Made by a program: the position numbers and the translations under genes. From contig CAZMLK010000002.1 of assembly GCA_964567265.1 (NCBI GenBank), positions 138,813 to 202,812 on the forward strand: a DNA stretch of 64,000 nucleotides. The letters run 5' to 3'. Under the pieces are notes generated by a model. The model had not been told where the DNA came from. It did not search any database and saw only the letters and a list, made by a program, of their open reading frames with translations. This stretch comes from an uncultured Candidatus Saccharibacteria bacterium (GTDB taxonomy: Bacteria; Patescibacteriota; Minisyncoccia; Phycocordibacterales; UBA12088). The stretch's first letter is position 1. Every line of letters begins with the position of its first letter. Positions 1-9,561 of this stretch are shown in pieces.

Positions 1-141
1 TGTGCTGAGGACATCGCGAAGCGCCTCAAGCACTCGCCAGGCTACTTGCCGGAAGGCATCCTCCTCGAGGATATCGTAAAACCGTCTCCGCATGCGGAGA
101 CGATCCTCAAGAATTTTTTGAGGACAGTCGCGAGCGATTAA
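1..141 (+). CDS. C-terminal fragment (46 codons) of a gene entering from the left, product unknown
   Basis: Frame 1 is open from position 1 to TAA at 139-141; too short to classify. Confidence 0.2.
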   Translation, partial: CAEDIAKRLKHSPGYLPEGILLEDIVKPSPHAETILKNFLRTVASD

Positions 142-1328
142 CGGCTCAAGACGTCGACCAGCGTTTTCGTAAGTTTTGGTGCAACGGCGGTGTTGAACGT
201 GCGCGCATAGGCAGCGAGATTGCTTTTAAGCAGGCTGTCGAGTGTGATGCCTGCGTTCTCGGAAAGATCCCGGTTCACATGCGCGAGCGTGATCGCGCGG
301 AGGTCGCGATCTTCCGTTTTTTCCGCGTCGGTGCTCGTGACGACGAGGCCGATCGCATCTCCGTTCGCATTGACCACGGTGCCGCCCGACGAGCCCTTCT
401 GCGCGATCACGGTGCCGCCGACCGACATGAGGTCGGCAGTGCCTTTCTGGAGATCGAACGTGTACATCTTCTTGACCGTCGAAATTGCCGAGGCGCTGTA
501 CAAATCTTTTTGGATCGTGATGCCTCCCAAGAATCCGGCAGGGTAGCCGGCGACGAGCACATTCGCGCCTTCGGCAGGCTCGTTGATTTCTGGATGGATG
601 AAGGGAACGGGGAAGGAGACGACGAGGTTCGGATCGGTGCGTCCTGTGATGCGGAGAAGCGCGTAATCATGCTCGCCGGTGCCGGTCGGATTCTGCTCGA
701 TGAGCGTCTCCTTGTTGTTCGCGATCCACTCCGGCGAGATGTACAGGAGCTCGAGCGTGTACATGTTGCGCGCGGGGCTGCCGGTCCGCGCCACGCACTC
801 GACGTAATTCGGCATGCCGTAATCCTTGAGGAGGAGATACTGGGCGACGTGCGCATTCGTGAGGATCACGCCCTCCGGGCCTATGACGAGTCCGCTCCCA
901 GAAATGGGATTCAGTGACCCGCCGCTTTTCGTCGTGCAGAGGATGTTCACGATGGCGTTCCGGACGGATGCGTTCACGTTCGTAAACGATGACGGGACAG
1001 GAGCGGTTTGAATCGGCGGCAGGAACGGTACCGTGATGGTCGTTGTTTCGGCCGGTTTTGTTTCCGTCTTTGGTTTTGTCTCTGGAAGCGCTTTTGGAAT
1101 CGGTGTCGCTTTCGTGACCTTCTTCGGAGTCGTCGTTGCTCGAATGGTCGATGACGCCACCTCCCCCACTCTTTCAGTGAGAGCGGTCACGATTGTGCTC
1201 GTTCCGGTCTGTGAAGTGCTCGTGGCCATGTTCTCGATCGGAGCCATCGGCCCAAACAAGACCATGGTCAGGGTTGTTACGACTGCCGTGAACGATGCAA
1301 GAAGTTGTAAGAGGAACGACGTAAACAT
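138..1328 (-). CDS. membrane-anchored trypsin-like (S1/HtrA-type) serine protease
   Basis: N-terminal TM helix, Thr/Pro-rich linker, then GSGLVIGPEGVILTNAHV and GSSGG motifs typical of chymotrypsin-fold S1C peptidases; no PDZ seen. Confidence 0.75.
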   Translation of the reverse strand: MFTSFLLQLLASFTAVVTTLTMVLFGPMAPIENMATSTSQTGTSTIVTALTERVGEVASSTIRATTTPKKVTKATPIPKALPETKPKTETKPAETTTITVPFLPPIQTAPVPSSFTNVNASVRNAIVNILCTTKSGGSLNPISGSGLVIGPEGVILTNAHVAQYLLLKDYGMPNYVECVARTGSPARNMYTLELLYISPEWIANNKETLIEQNPTGTGEHDYALLRITGRTDPNLVVSFPVPFIHPEINEPAEGANVLVAGYPAGFLGGITIQKDLYSASAISTVKKMYTFDLQKGTADLMSVGGTVIAQKGSSGGTVVNANGDAIGLVVTSTDAEKTEDRDLRAITLAHVNRDLSENAGITLDSLLKSNLAAYARTFNTAVAPKLTKTLVDVLSR

Positions 1329-1470
1329 GGACCCAGTATACCAAAGCCGGCGGGTTGCTTCCGCTTGCCGGTCATCTATGGTACAAACAGTGCACCTCTA
1401 GGTCGGAGGAGGGGTCCCTATTCGCCCGCTGTGCCCGAGCTTGTTCGGGACAGTTCTAACCACACACACC

Positions 1471-1608
1471 ATGTCTGATGTCACCACCACTCCTGCGGAT
1501 GTTGCCGCAGAGGAAGTAGCAGTCGCCCCTGAGGCGGAAGTTGCTGCTGAGGTTGAAGCGGAGGCCCCTGAGGCTGTCGTTGCCGAGGAGGCACCGGCTG
1601 CTGAGTAA
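1471..1608 (+). CDS. 45-aa highly acidic Ala/Glu/Val-rich small protein (MSDVTTTPADVAAEEVAVAPEAEVAAEVEAEAPEAVVAEEAPAAE)
   Basis: ATG at 1471, TAA at 1606-1608, high GC3, followed 15 nt later by a strong GC hairpin terminator; below the 60-aa cutoff of the ORF track. Confidence 0.3.
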   Translation: MSDVTTTPADVAAEEVAVAPEAEVAAEVEAEAPEAVVAEEAPAAE

Positions 1609-1622
1609 GCCGACCGACACTC

Positions 1623-1664
1623 AAAACGGAAGCGCCCCGCGATTTCGCGGGGCGCTTCCGTTTT
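1623..1664 (+). terminator. intrinsic terminator (aaaacggaagcgccccgcga-tttc-gcggggcgcttccgtttt)
   Basis: 16-bp GC-rich perfect stem followed by TTTT. Confidence 0.6.
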
Positions 1665-1713
1665 GGTCAGATTTTGCTAGGATAGCAAAGCGGTCGGGCA
1701 GAGACCCCAATTC

Positions 1714-1784
1714 GCGGGATTAGTTTAATGGTAGAACATCAGTTTTCCAAACTGAGAGCAGGAGTTCGATTCTCCTATCCCGCA
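1714..1784 (+). tRNA. tRNA-Gly (anticodon UCC)
   Basis: Cloverleaf GCGGGAT acceptor / TTTAATGGTAGAAC D-arm / anticodon stem CAGTT-TTTCCAA-AACTG (UCC) / GGAGTTCGATTCTCC T-arm / ATCCCGC + discriminator A; CCA not encoded. Confidence 0.85.
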
Positions 1785-2035
1785 CAGAAAGAGCGAAGCG
1801 ATTGAGGGGCAGGATAGGGAGCCGCCTTCGCGCCTCCCGTAGGAGAATCGAAGACCTTTTCGATGCTTCTGAGCGACTCTGTCGCGAGGAAACCGAAAAG
1901 GTGTACTGGTCCTGTAAGGACCGATCGGGCAGAGCGTTTCAAGCAAGACAAAATGTTTAGCACCTGTGACCGATTCTCCTATTTCTGGTATGCAGTACCA
2001 TATATAAACACCTGTAACGTTATTCCTGTTTACAC

Positions 2036-2068
2036 AAAGCCGCCGGTCGCGAAGCGACCGGCGGCTTT
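2036..2068 (-). terminator. hairpin aaagccgccggtcgcgaagcgaccggcggcttt downstream of minus-strand ORF 2087-2434
   Basis: 12-bp GC stem flanked by A-run/T-run (bidirectional geometry). Confidence 0.5.
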
Positions 2069-2086
2069 GCTTTGTACCCCACCTAT

Positions 2087-2434
2087 CTACACTCCCTTTC
2101 CTCCGTCACCTTCAGTCGCAGGCCGGACCTGGATGGGACTCGGCACGCCGTCCGACGGAAGCTCCGTTTCGAGGACGCCGTGTCGTTCCTCATACTCTTT
2201 CATGTTTTTCTGGAGCAAGAGGAGGAACCGCTTCGCATGTTTCGGTGACAAGATGTAGGGCGCGATGTGGTCGCCCGAACGGAGGACGAAATAGACTTCC
2301 TCGCCGGATGGTGGCAAGAGAAGTGCGATGTTGTCGCAGTAGATCCGTTCAGGTTCCATATGTTTTTCTGGCGGCATGCTGTGTGTGCTTATCGAATACC
2401 TGTTCTGTATGCGCCCATTTTGAAACGATGTCAA
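2087..2434 (-). CDS. hypothetical small protein
   Basis: ORF followed by its own hairpin terminator; protein-like composition (YCDNIALLLPPSGEEVYFVLRSGDHIAPYIL); true start may be the internal Met (MEPERIY). Confidence 0.4.
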   Translation of the reverse strand: MTSFQNGRIQNRYSISTHSMPPEKHMEPERIYCDNIALLLPPSGEEVYFVLRSGDHIAPYILSPKHAKRFLLLLQKNMKEYEERHGVLETELPSDGVPSPIQVRPATEGDGGKGV

Positions 2435-2488
2435 CGGAGGATTCGTATGCTAGGATACCCCCAGCCATAGAAAGAAAGGAGTCACCCT

Positions 2489-3172
2489 ATGAGTACGGCC
2501 GAAAGACAGACCGCGTTGATTGTAGGAGGTACTTCCGGCATAGGTTTCGAGCTCGCCTTGAAGCTCGTCGGAACTCACGATGTCATCGTGACGGGACGTC
2601 ATAACCCAAACCGGCAGGATCTCGAATATCTCCCTCTGAATCTGGATGGACTGCAGGTGAATGCAGACATTGCAAAAGTCTGTGCCACTCTTCCGAAGAT
2701 AGACTGTTTCATATATGCCGCTGGGTATCAGCAACCTCAGACAATTGCCGGACTTACAGAGCGAGACATTGATTCGATGACGAGCGTCGGCTTCACCGCC
2801 TGCGCAAAAATTATTGCACGGATACTACGCGAGCAGGACCACTTGCCGGGGCTCATACTGATCAGTTCTTCTGCACAGTGGAAGCCGCTCGAGCGACATA
2901 TTCTGTATCGGGTCACGAAGCATGCGCTCGGGTATCTTGGTGAGTGCCTCTCACTCGATCCCGCTATCAGCAAGGTCCTGGTGTTCGGACCTGGTGGGGT
3001 GAACGGTACGGGATTCCGCAAAGACCACGTACCTGGATACATGGACGCGTCGGTAGTGGCAGATGCAATACTATATGCGTTCAATGAGGACATCCCCGGT
3101 GCTCCATTCAAGTACCGTGAAGTAGAGATGCCCCATGATACCGGCATTCCGCGCACACATCAGTGCCGTTAA
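2489..3172 (+). CDS. short-chain dehydrogenase/reductase (SDR) family oxidoreductase
   Basis: N-terminal Rossmann motif ALIVGGTSGIGFELALKL (TGxxxGxG), catalytic YRVTK (YxxxK) region. Confidence 0.8.
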   Translation: MSTAERQTALIVGGTSGIGFELALKLVGTHDVIVTGRHNPNRQDLEYLPLNLDGLQVNADIAKVCATLPKIDCFIYAAGYQQPQTIAGLTERDIDSMTSVGFTACAKIIARILREQDHLPGLILISSSAQWKPLERHILYRVTKHALGYLGECLSLDPAISKVLVFGPGGVNGTGFRKDHVPGYMDASVVADAILYAFNEDIPGAPFKYREVEMPHDTGIPRTHQCR

Positions 3173-3259
3173 GATCTCGCGCACACCTCTCTCTGGGCAA
3201 CCAGCGAGAGGTGCTTTTTTGATACTCGCCAAAATTTTTGGGAAGCGTAGACTGAATGC

Positions 3260-4429
3260 ATGCAACCGCTCGCTGCAAAGATCAGGCCGGAATCACTCGA
3301 CGACTATGTAGGGCAGGATCATTTGGTCGGGGCAGGGAAGCCGCTCCGGATCGCGATCGAGAACCAGCACCGCTTCTCATTCATCCTGTGGGGCCCGCCC
3401 GGTTCCGGAAAGACGACGCTCGCGCGCATCTATGCACGTGCGCTTGATGCACACCTCCATGAGCTCTCTGCTGTCTCTGCCGGCAAGGAAGATATCCGTC
3501 AGCTCTTGAAAGAAGATACGGGCGGCAAGCCGCGCGTGCTTTTCCTCGATGAGATCCATCGGTTCAATAAAGCGCAGCAGGATTTTCTCTTGCCGTATGT
3601 CGAGTCGGGCGAGATCACCTTGATCGGCGCAACGACCGAGAATCCGAGTTTTGAAATCATCCCTGCGCTCCTTTCGCGGGCGCGCGTGTTCGTGCTCTAC
3701 GCGGTCTCGCCGGACGGCATGCGCCGCATACTGCATCGTGCCGGATACGACATCCCCGACGAAGCGCTCGACTGGCTCGTGGAGATGGCGAATGGTGATG
3801 CGCGCGCCGCGCTCTCCGTTCTTGGAAATGCGAAGGAGCTCTACGGCGACATCACGCTGTCGTCGCTGAAGGAATCGCTGCAGTCCACCTTCCTCCGGTA
3901 CGACAAGAAGGGTGAGGAACACTACGATACCGTGAGCGCGTTCATAAAAAGCATGCGCGCCTCGCAACCCGACGCCGCGCTCTACTATCTGTCGCGCATG
4001 CTCCAGGGCGGCGAGGACCCGAAGTTCATCGCGAGGCGCATGGTCATCTTCGCGTCCGAAGACATCGGGCTCGCCCAGCCGACCGCACTCGTCGTCGCAA
4101 ACGAAGTCTTCCGCGCGTGCGAGATCATCGGCCTTCCGGAATGTGCGATCAATCTCGCGCACGGCGTCGCGTATCTCGCGCTCGCCAAGAAGGACCGGTC
4201 GGCATACGATGCGCTCCGCGAAGCGGAAGCAGATGCGAAGAAGCACGGCAATCTCCCGATTCCGCTTCCGCTCAGGAATGCGCCGACCAAGCTCATGAAA
4301 GACCTCAAGTATGGAAAGGGGTACGAGATGTACAGTGCCGAATCATTCCTGCCTGAAAAATTAAAAGGAAAGAAATATCTGAAGGACGGCGTTCCGAAAT
4401 CAAAGAAGAAGCCGGATGCTGACATATGA
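3260..4429 (+). CDS. rarA: replication-associated recombination protein A (AAA+ ATPase RarA/MgsA)
   Basis: Walker [17 protein letters not shown], Walker [17 protein letters not shown], MgsA C-terminal helical domains. Confidence 0.9.
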   Translation: MQPLAAKIRPESLDDYVGQDHLVGAGKPLRIAIENQHRFSFILWGPPGSGKTTLARIYARALDAHLHELSAVSAGKEDIRQLLKEDTGGKPRVLFLDEIHRFNKAQQDFLLPYVESGEITLIGATTENPSFEIIPALLSRARVFVLYAVSPDGMRRILHRAGYDIPDEALDWLVEMANGDARAALSVLGNAKELYGDITLSSLKESLQSTFLRYDKKGEEHYDTVSAFIKSMRASQPDAALYYLSRMLQGGEDPKFIARRMVIFASEDIGLAQPTALVVANEVFRACEIIGLPECAINLAHGVAYLALAKKDRSAYDALREAEADAKKHGNLPIPLPLRNAPTKLMKDLKYGKGYEMYSAESFLPEKLKGKKYLKDGVPKSKKKPDADI

Positions 4430-4480
4430 ACAAGCGGCCCGCCTGGAAGGCGGGCCGCTTGTTTCGAAAAGAGATGGATG

Positions 4481-4753
4481 CTATTTGACAGCGTCCTTGA
4501 GGGCCTTTGCAGCGCGGAACTTCGGTACGCGCATCGAGGGAACCTTGATGGATTCACCGGTGCGCGGATTGCGGCCGGTGCGTGCCGGACGGACCTTCGT
4601 TGAGAAGATGCCGAGTCCTGCGATCGAGACTTCGTCGCCTGCCTTCAGGGTCTTCACGATTGATTCGATGACCATTTCGACTGCGCGCTCAGCATCCGCT
4701 TTCGTGGTGCCGATGACGCCCTGTACTTTTTCTGCGAGATCTTGTTTGTTCAT
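4481..4753 (-). CDS. hup: DNA-binding protein HU
   Basis: 90 aa, MNKQDLAEKV...GLGIFSTKVRPARTGRNPRTGESIKVPSMRVPKFRAAKALKDAV, canonical HU/IHF fold signature. Confidence 0.9.
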   Translation of the reverse strand: MNKQDLAEKVQGVIGTTKADAERAVEMVIESIVKTLKAGDEVSIAGLGIFSTKVRPARTGRNPRTGESIKVPSMRVPKFRAAKALKDAVK

Positions 4754-4983
4754 TGCATTTTTCTTAAAAAAGAATAAACCGTCGACCCAACCTGCACTCT
4801 TCTTGGCGGTGTGCCGGTACGGGGTGCCTTGAGGCAGTGCCCGACCCTAAAAGAATTATATAGTAGGCCATTTTTCACGCAATACATAGCCGTTTGCCGG
4901 GAAATTCATACTGCGCCTGTCAAATCGGAGCCGGCATAGCGGCGCTTGTGCCCCCTTTGACTCTCAAGGTATGCTTATTTCCT

Positions 4984-5541
4984 ATGAAACTTGGAATCTC
5001 AGGGGCAAAAGGCAGTTTTTCAGAGGAGGCGGCTGGTGAATACTGTAGAAAAGAAGGGATCGGGGACGCAGAGATCCAATACCTGGTGAGTGTCGAGAAT
5101 GTGCTCGAATCGGTAGAAAATGGCTCTATAGAGCTGGGAATTTTCCCTATCGAGAACTCGAACGGGGGCATCGTCATCGAAGCAGTCTACGCCATGGCCA
5201 AACACCGCTTCTCAGTCCTCAAGATGTTCGAGATCGACGTCCACCACATGCTCCTTGCGCTTCCGGGTACCAATCCCGACCAGATCACCCTCATTACTTC
5301 CCACGATCAGGCCTTGAAGCAGTGCCGGATGTACTTGAAACGGAAATGGCCGAGTGTGGATATCCAACCCTATCCGGACACCGCGAAGGCCGCAAAAGAC
5401 CTTTCCGAAGGAAATCTGCCGAAAACGGCCGCGGTCATCGCCCCCAAGTCTTGCGCTGCACTCTACAAACTCGACATTCTTGAAGAAAGCATCCAGGATC
5501 TCAAATTCAACTTCACGACGTTCGTCGCGGCGGCTAAATAG
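4984..5541 (+). CDS. prephenate dehydratase (PDT) domain protein, no ACT domain
   Basis: MKLGISGAKGSFSEEAA...ITSHDQALKQCRMYL resembles the PheA PDT domain; ORF-track start at 4894 trimmed to the ATG at 4984. Confidence 0.55.
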   Translation: MKLGISGAKGSFSEEAAGEYCRKEGIGDAEIQYLVSVENVLESVENGSIELGIFPIENSNGGIVIEAVYAMAKHRFSVLKMFEIDVHHMLLALPGTNPDQITLITSHDQALKQCRMYLKRKWPSVDIQPYPDTAKAAKDLSEGNLPKTAAVIAPKSCAALYKLDILEESIQDLKFNFTTFVAAAK

Positions 5542-5587
5542 TGTGTGTTTCTCATAAAAAAGTCGCGGGCGCCCAGGGCGCCCGCTT

Positions 5588-6037
5588 CTACTTTTTCGTC
5601 TTGTTGAACCTGAGAGTAGTTGGCGTCATTCTGCCTCTGACGTAGATGTCCATCTCTGCGTACTCTAAAACATGAGGGTCAGCGTTCGTCATATCCATGT
5701 GGATCGCGCACATGCGTGTGAATATCCCAGTCTCCTCGAGGTGTGTGATCACGATCACGTGGGGAAGTGGGAGCACCTTCTCTCGAAATAGGACTGTCGA
5801 TTCAGCCCAATTTGTGTCTATACGCCAGAGTTTGCGTATGTCCAACCCCCCAAAGACCCTGGAAACGATTTCGGCGGTCTCAATACCGCGACCCCATTCG
5901 GAGCAGATGATGACCGGATTTGTTTCGAGAAAGAATCGACGTGCGAATCGTGCTGAAAACAGTATCTCGTTCCTGCCGTATGGAGTGACCGCGTCATCCC
6001 AGTCCTGACCATGCCGCAGGATAGCAGCGATTTCCAT
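5588..6037 (-). CDS. histidine phosphatase (phosphoglycerate mutase-like) family protein
   Basis: N-terminal IAAILRHGQ (RHG catalytic signature) and later ITHLEETG; start trimmed to MEIAAIL. Confidence 0.55.
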   Translation of the reverse strand: MEIAAILRHGQDWDDAVTPYGRNEILFSARFARRFFLETNPVIICSEWGRGIETAEIVSRVFGGLDIRKLWRIDTNWAESTVLFREKVLPLPHVIVITHLEETGIFTRMCAIHMDMTNADPHVLEYAEMDIYVRGRMTPTTLRFNKTKK

Positions 6038-6154
6038 GTGCCTGTCCTCCTTGGTGCTCGGACAAAGATGCCATTTCATGCGAAGGAAGTCAATTCATTG
6101 ACAACATACAAAGCCCCGCCAGCGCAAAGCGCTGGCGGGGCTTTGGTACGGTCA

Positions 6155-7684
6155 CTATCTTGCCATCTCGAGCACGCGCTGTTCGCGGATGACCAAGACG
6201 CGGATTTCTCCTGGGTATTTGAGCTCCTGTTCAATCTTGAGCGCGATATTGCGCGCGAGATCGCGTGCTTCAAGGTCAGAGATCGCATCAGGACGTACAA
6301 ACACGCGGATTTCGCGGCCCGCCTGGATCGCATACGCTTTATCGATCCCATTGAATGAGTTCGCGATCGCTTCGAGGTCAGCAAGGCGCTTGATGTAGTT
6401 CTCGACGGAATCGCGGCGCGCGCCCGGGCGCCCGCCCGAAATCGCGTCCGCAACCTGCACGATCACCGATTCGATGGTGTCATACGGATATTCCTCGTGA
6501 TGGGCGCGCATCGCGTGGATGATGGCCTCGCTCGCGCCGAATTTCTGGAGGATGCGGATGCCGATCTCGACATGCGAGCCCTGGACCTCATGGTCGACCG
6601 CCTTCCCGAGATCATGGACGAGCGCGCCTGCCCGCGCGACCGCTGGGTCAGCGCCGAGCTCTGAGGCCAGCATGCCTGAGATGTGCGCCATTTCAACCGA
6701 GTGCTGGAGGACATTCTGGCCGTAGCTGGTACGGAAGTAGAGGCGGCCGAGGACCGCGAGAATGCGCGGGTCGAGGTTGAGGACTCCGGCTTCGTACGCT
6801 GCCTGCTCGCCTTTTTCCTTGATAATGCGGCCAATCTCTTCTTCAGCTTTCCGTACCATCTCCTCGATCTTCGCAGGCTGGATGCGTCCATCGAGTATGA
6901 GGTTCTCGAGCGCGATCCGCGCGATCTGCCGGCGGACCGGGTCGAAGGATGAAAGGGTGATGGTACCTGGGGTATCGTCGATGATGACTTCGACGCCGGT
7001 CGCACGCTCGAAGGCCTTGATGTTGCGGCCCTCCTTGCCGATGATCTTTCCCTTGATCTCATCGTTCGGGATGGTGATGGTGGTCGTGAGCACGTCCGAA
7101 TTCACTGAATTCCCGAGCCGGTGGATGATCGAGGTCAGGATTTCCTGCGCCTTCTTTTCCAACTTCTCCCGTCCGACGCCTTCGAGCTTGCGCATGCGGA
7201 TGCCGAGGTCTTCCTCTTCCTCGCGCTCGATGCGCTTCATGAGCTCGTTCTTCGCTTCTTCGGTCGTGAGCTTCGCAACGCGCTCAAGTGCTGCATGCTG
7301 CTCCTCTTCCGCCTTCGCGATCTTCTCGCGGATGACCTTGATCTCCTCGATCTTCGATTTCACATGCTCGACTTCGCGCGTCACATCATTCTGGCGCTGC
7401 TCGAGGGTCTCCTCCTTCTTGATGAGGCGCTGCTCGCTCTTCTTGATCTCGTCTTCCTTTTCTTTCAATTCCGCGAGCTTCGCCTTCGCGGCGATCTCGC
7501 CCTTCCGCTCGCCTTCGTCGGTCAGCCGCTTCGCCTCCTCCTTGGCTTCGAGCATCATCTTCTTGATCTCGAGCTCGACCGAACCCTTCTTCCCGAGGGA
7601 GACGATCAGGCGGAGGAAGTAGCCGAACCCTATGCCGAAGAGGCCAGCGAGGCCGAGGAGCATCAGTATTAATTTTAGGGACAT
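6155..7684 (-). CDS. rny: ribonuclease Y
   Basis: N-terminal TM, long coiled coil, KH domain (IGKEGRNIKAFERATGVEVIIDD), HD domain (HSVEMAHISGMLA...LVHDLGK). Confidence 0.9.
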   Translation of the reverse strand: MSLKLILMLLGLAGLFGIGFGYFLRLIVSLGKKGSVELEIKKMMLEAKEEAKRLTDEGERKGEIAAKAKLAELKEKEDEIKKSEQRLIKKEETLEQRQNDVTREVEHVKSKIEEIKVIREKIAKAEEEQHAALERVAKLTTEEAKNELMKRIEREEEEDLGIRMRKLEGVGREKLEKKAQEILTSIIHRLGNSVNSDVLTTTITIPNDEIKGKIIGKEGRNIKAFERATGVEVIIDDTPGTITLSSFDPVRRQIARIALENLILDGRIQPAKIEEMVRKAEEEIGRIIKEKGEQAAYEAGVLNLDPRILAVLGRLYFRTSYGQNVLQHSVEMAHISGMLASELGADPAVARAGALVHDLGKAVDHEVQGSHVEIGIRILQKFGASEAIIHAMRAHHEEYPYDTIESVIVQVADAISGGRPGARRDSVENYIKRLADLEAIANSFNGIDKAYAIQAGREIRVFVRPDAISDLEARDLARNIALKIEQELKYPGEIRVLVIREQRVLEMAR

Positions 7685-7950
7685 AGTGCGTCAGAACTTG
7701 CCGACACAGAGCATCCACTTTCAAACGTATCGCAAAATTTCCACGCGCGGTGAAGCAAGAAAAACCATATGTGGAGCGTTCATTTGAAGCATAGGCTAGA
7801 GGTAAGCAAGTTTGAGATTACAATATTTCAAATAAGGACAGCATCCTCGTTGGCGGTCAGGAGAGAGGGAGTCCGGGTGATACCGGCCGTCCATCACTTC
7901 GTCGGAGACATCAAGGATACATTCACACTGTACCAGTTTTTCCGGCTTTT

Positions 7951-7996
7951 TCAACAAACCCCCGCCCATAGCCTCGAGGGCTAAGGGCGGGGGTTT
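7951..7996 (-). terminator. clpP terminator hairpin (cccccgccc...gggcggggg with nested palindromic loop)
   Basis: 9-bp GC stem, T-run on minus strand; sits 25 nt downstream of the clpP stop. Confidence 0.5.
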
Positions 7997-8019
7997 CGGC
8001 GACTCCCTGAAAGGAAACC

Positions 8020-8607
8020 CTATTTCTTCGACTTGTGGATCTCGTCGATGATGCCGTATTTCTTTGCCTCGTCCGCGTCCATGAAGTAGTCACGGTCGAC
8101 GTCCTTCTCGATCTTCGAGAGCGGCTGGCCGGTAGCCTTCGAAAGCATCTTGTTGAGGCGGTCCTTGGTCTTCAGGATCTGCTTCGCGGTGATCTCGATG
8201 TCAGTCGCCTGGCCCTGCGCGCCGCCCCATGGCTGGTGGATCATGATTTCGGCGTTCGGGAGCGCGTAGCGCTTGCCCTTGGCACCGCCGGCAAGGAGGA
8301 TGGCCCCGCCTGAAGCCGCGATGCCGACGCAAACCGTCGCGACATCCGGTTTCACGTAGTTCATGGTGTCGAGCATGGCCAGGGTCGCGGTCACCGAGCC
8401 GCCCGGAGAGTTGATATAGAGGAAGATGTCTTTCTTCGCATCCTCGCTCTCAAGGAAGAGAAGTTGGGCGATCACGAGGTTGGCGGTCGTATCCTCAATC
8501 GGGCCGCCCATGAAGATGATGCGGTCGCGGAGCAGGCGGGAGTAAATGTCGTATGCGCGCTCGCCAAATGGCGACTTCTCGATGACGGTGGGTACCAGAT
8601 AGCTCAT
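8020..8607 (-). CDS. clpP: ATP-dependent Clp protease proteolytic subunit
   Basis: [26 protein letters not shown]...[14 protein letters not shown]...MIHQP, full ClpP signature. Confidence 0.92.
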   Translation of the reverse strand: MSYLVPTVIEKSPFGERAYDIYSRLLRDRIIFMGGPIEDTTANLVIAQLLFLESEDAKKDIFLYINSPGGSVTATLAMLDTMNYVKPDVATVCVGIAASGGAILLAGGAKGKRYALPNAEIMIHQPWGGAQGQATDIEITAKQILKTKDRLNKMLSKATGQPLSKIEKDVDRDYFMDADEAKKYGIIDEIHKSKK

Positions 8608-8732
8608 ATATTGAATGATTAGGTGGCTAGTCGTGTCGTTCGTGTGGGCAGTGTATCAAATTCCGCTAATTTCGGGAATCCAAAAGAAGAATGCCCGGGC
8701 GCTGACGCGCCGGGGCACACATGCCGACATAT

Positions 8733-9392
8733 TTAGAATTCCGCCGTTCTCACCGAGCTCCGGGGACCAATGCTCGGAACCTCCTCGATCGTAGAGTACA
8801 GACAATCGATGCGGCGGATTACTTCCGCAGTGCCGACTGCCCACTGGTGAGTGACCCACCCGTCTCCTTCCCAAATCTGCATATTGCTTCCGAAGAAAGT
8901 GGGGAGGATGCGCATGTACAAAAGTGGGAGACGAGCATGATCGTGCTCTTCAGCGTACGGATTCCGCGTCCGTAGATCAAGGAAGACCACGATGCCTTCG
9001 GCGACCACCCACTTTCCGTCCACGCGCGTGTGGACCGGAGAACCCTCGATTTCCCAGGACACCGTTTGCCCGCGCTGCCTTATGCGCACGCTTGCTCGCC
9101 GCTCGAGGTTGTCGAGCGAGGCTAAGAGCGTTCCTTTGAGAATTTCAGCAGACCGGGTGGCGGTTCTCTTGAGAAGCCAGAATTTGAACCGATTTTGTAC
9201 CTGCTGTATGCCTCCGAATCGTATAGCCGCACCAATGGCCGTGGAAAATATCCCGAGAAAAAAAGCATAGTACGAGAATATGCCCCCTCCGTAGCCGATT
9301 CCGTCCCGATAGAGGGGAAAGCCGAGCAGCACGGCACCAAGAAATAAGGGTCCATAGCCAAAATCTCGTGTTTGCATCGGAAAGTCCTCCAA
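8733..9392 (-). CDS. hypothetical membrane protein
   Basis: Two N-terminal TM helices (GPLFLGAVLLGFPLY, YYAFFLGIFSTAIGAAI) then soluble domain; no recognisable motif. Confidence 0.45.
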   Translation of the reverse strand: MEDFPMQTRDFGYGPLFLGAVLLGFPLYRDGIGYGGGIFSYYAFFLGIFSTAIGAAIRFGGIQQVQNRFKFWLLKRTATRSAEILKGTLLASLDNLERRASVRIRQRGQTVSWEIEGSPVHTRVDGKWVVAEGIVVFLDLRTRNPYAEEHDHARLPLLYMRILPTFFGSNMQIWEGDGWVTHQWAVGTAEVIRRIDCLYSTIEEVPSIGPRSSVRTAEF

Positions 9393-9473
9393 CCACCGCC
9401 CCCAATAGCGGGGCCGATATCTGGTCTGAGGTGACTATACCTTCAGCGCCATTAATTTCAATAGGCAAGCTAC

Positions 9474-9504
9474 TTGACTCTGACGTTGCGTGATAGTTTA
9501 TGCT
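9474..9504 (+). promoter_or_regulatory. MerR-type promoter TTGACT-N19-TATGCT upstream of the merR/tipA-like gene
   Basis: -35 TTGACT (9474-9479), 19-nt spacer, -10 TATGCT (9499-9504); the 19-bp spacer is the hallmark of MerR-regulated promoters. Confidence 0.35.
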
Positions 9505-9561
9505 CTGGTAGGGTGAGGTCGTCACTCAATATAGGAGTATCAGCCGGAGTCTCGCATCGAC

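Noticed and set aside
1863-2258. 131-aa plus-strand ORF between tRNA-Gly and the SDR gene
   Set aside because: It overlaps the better-supported minus-strand ORF 2087-2434, which has its own terminator. The translation is Cys/Pro/Arg-rich and not protein-like.
6463-7672. Several 180-290-aa ORFs overlapping rny (6463-7062-, 6762-7622+, 7121-7672+)
   Set aside because: These are alternative and antisense frames of the RNase Y gene, with low-complexity Ser/Arg or Leu-rich translations.
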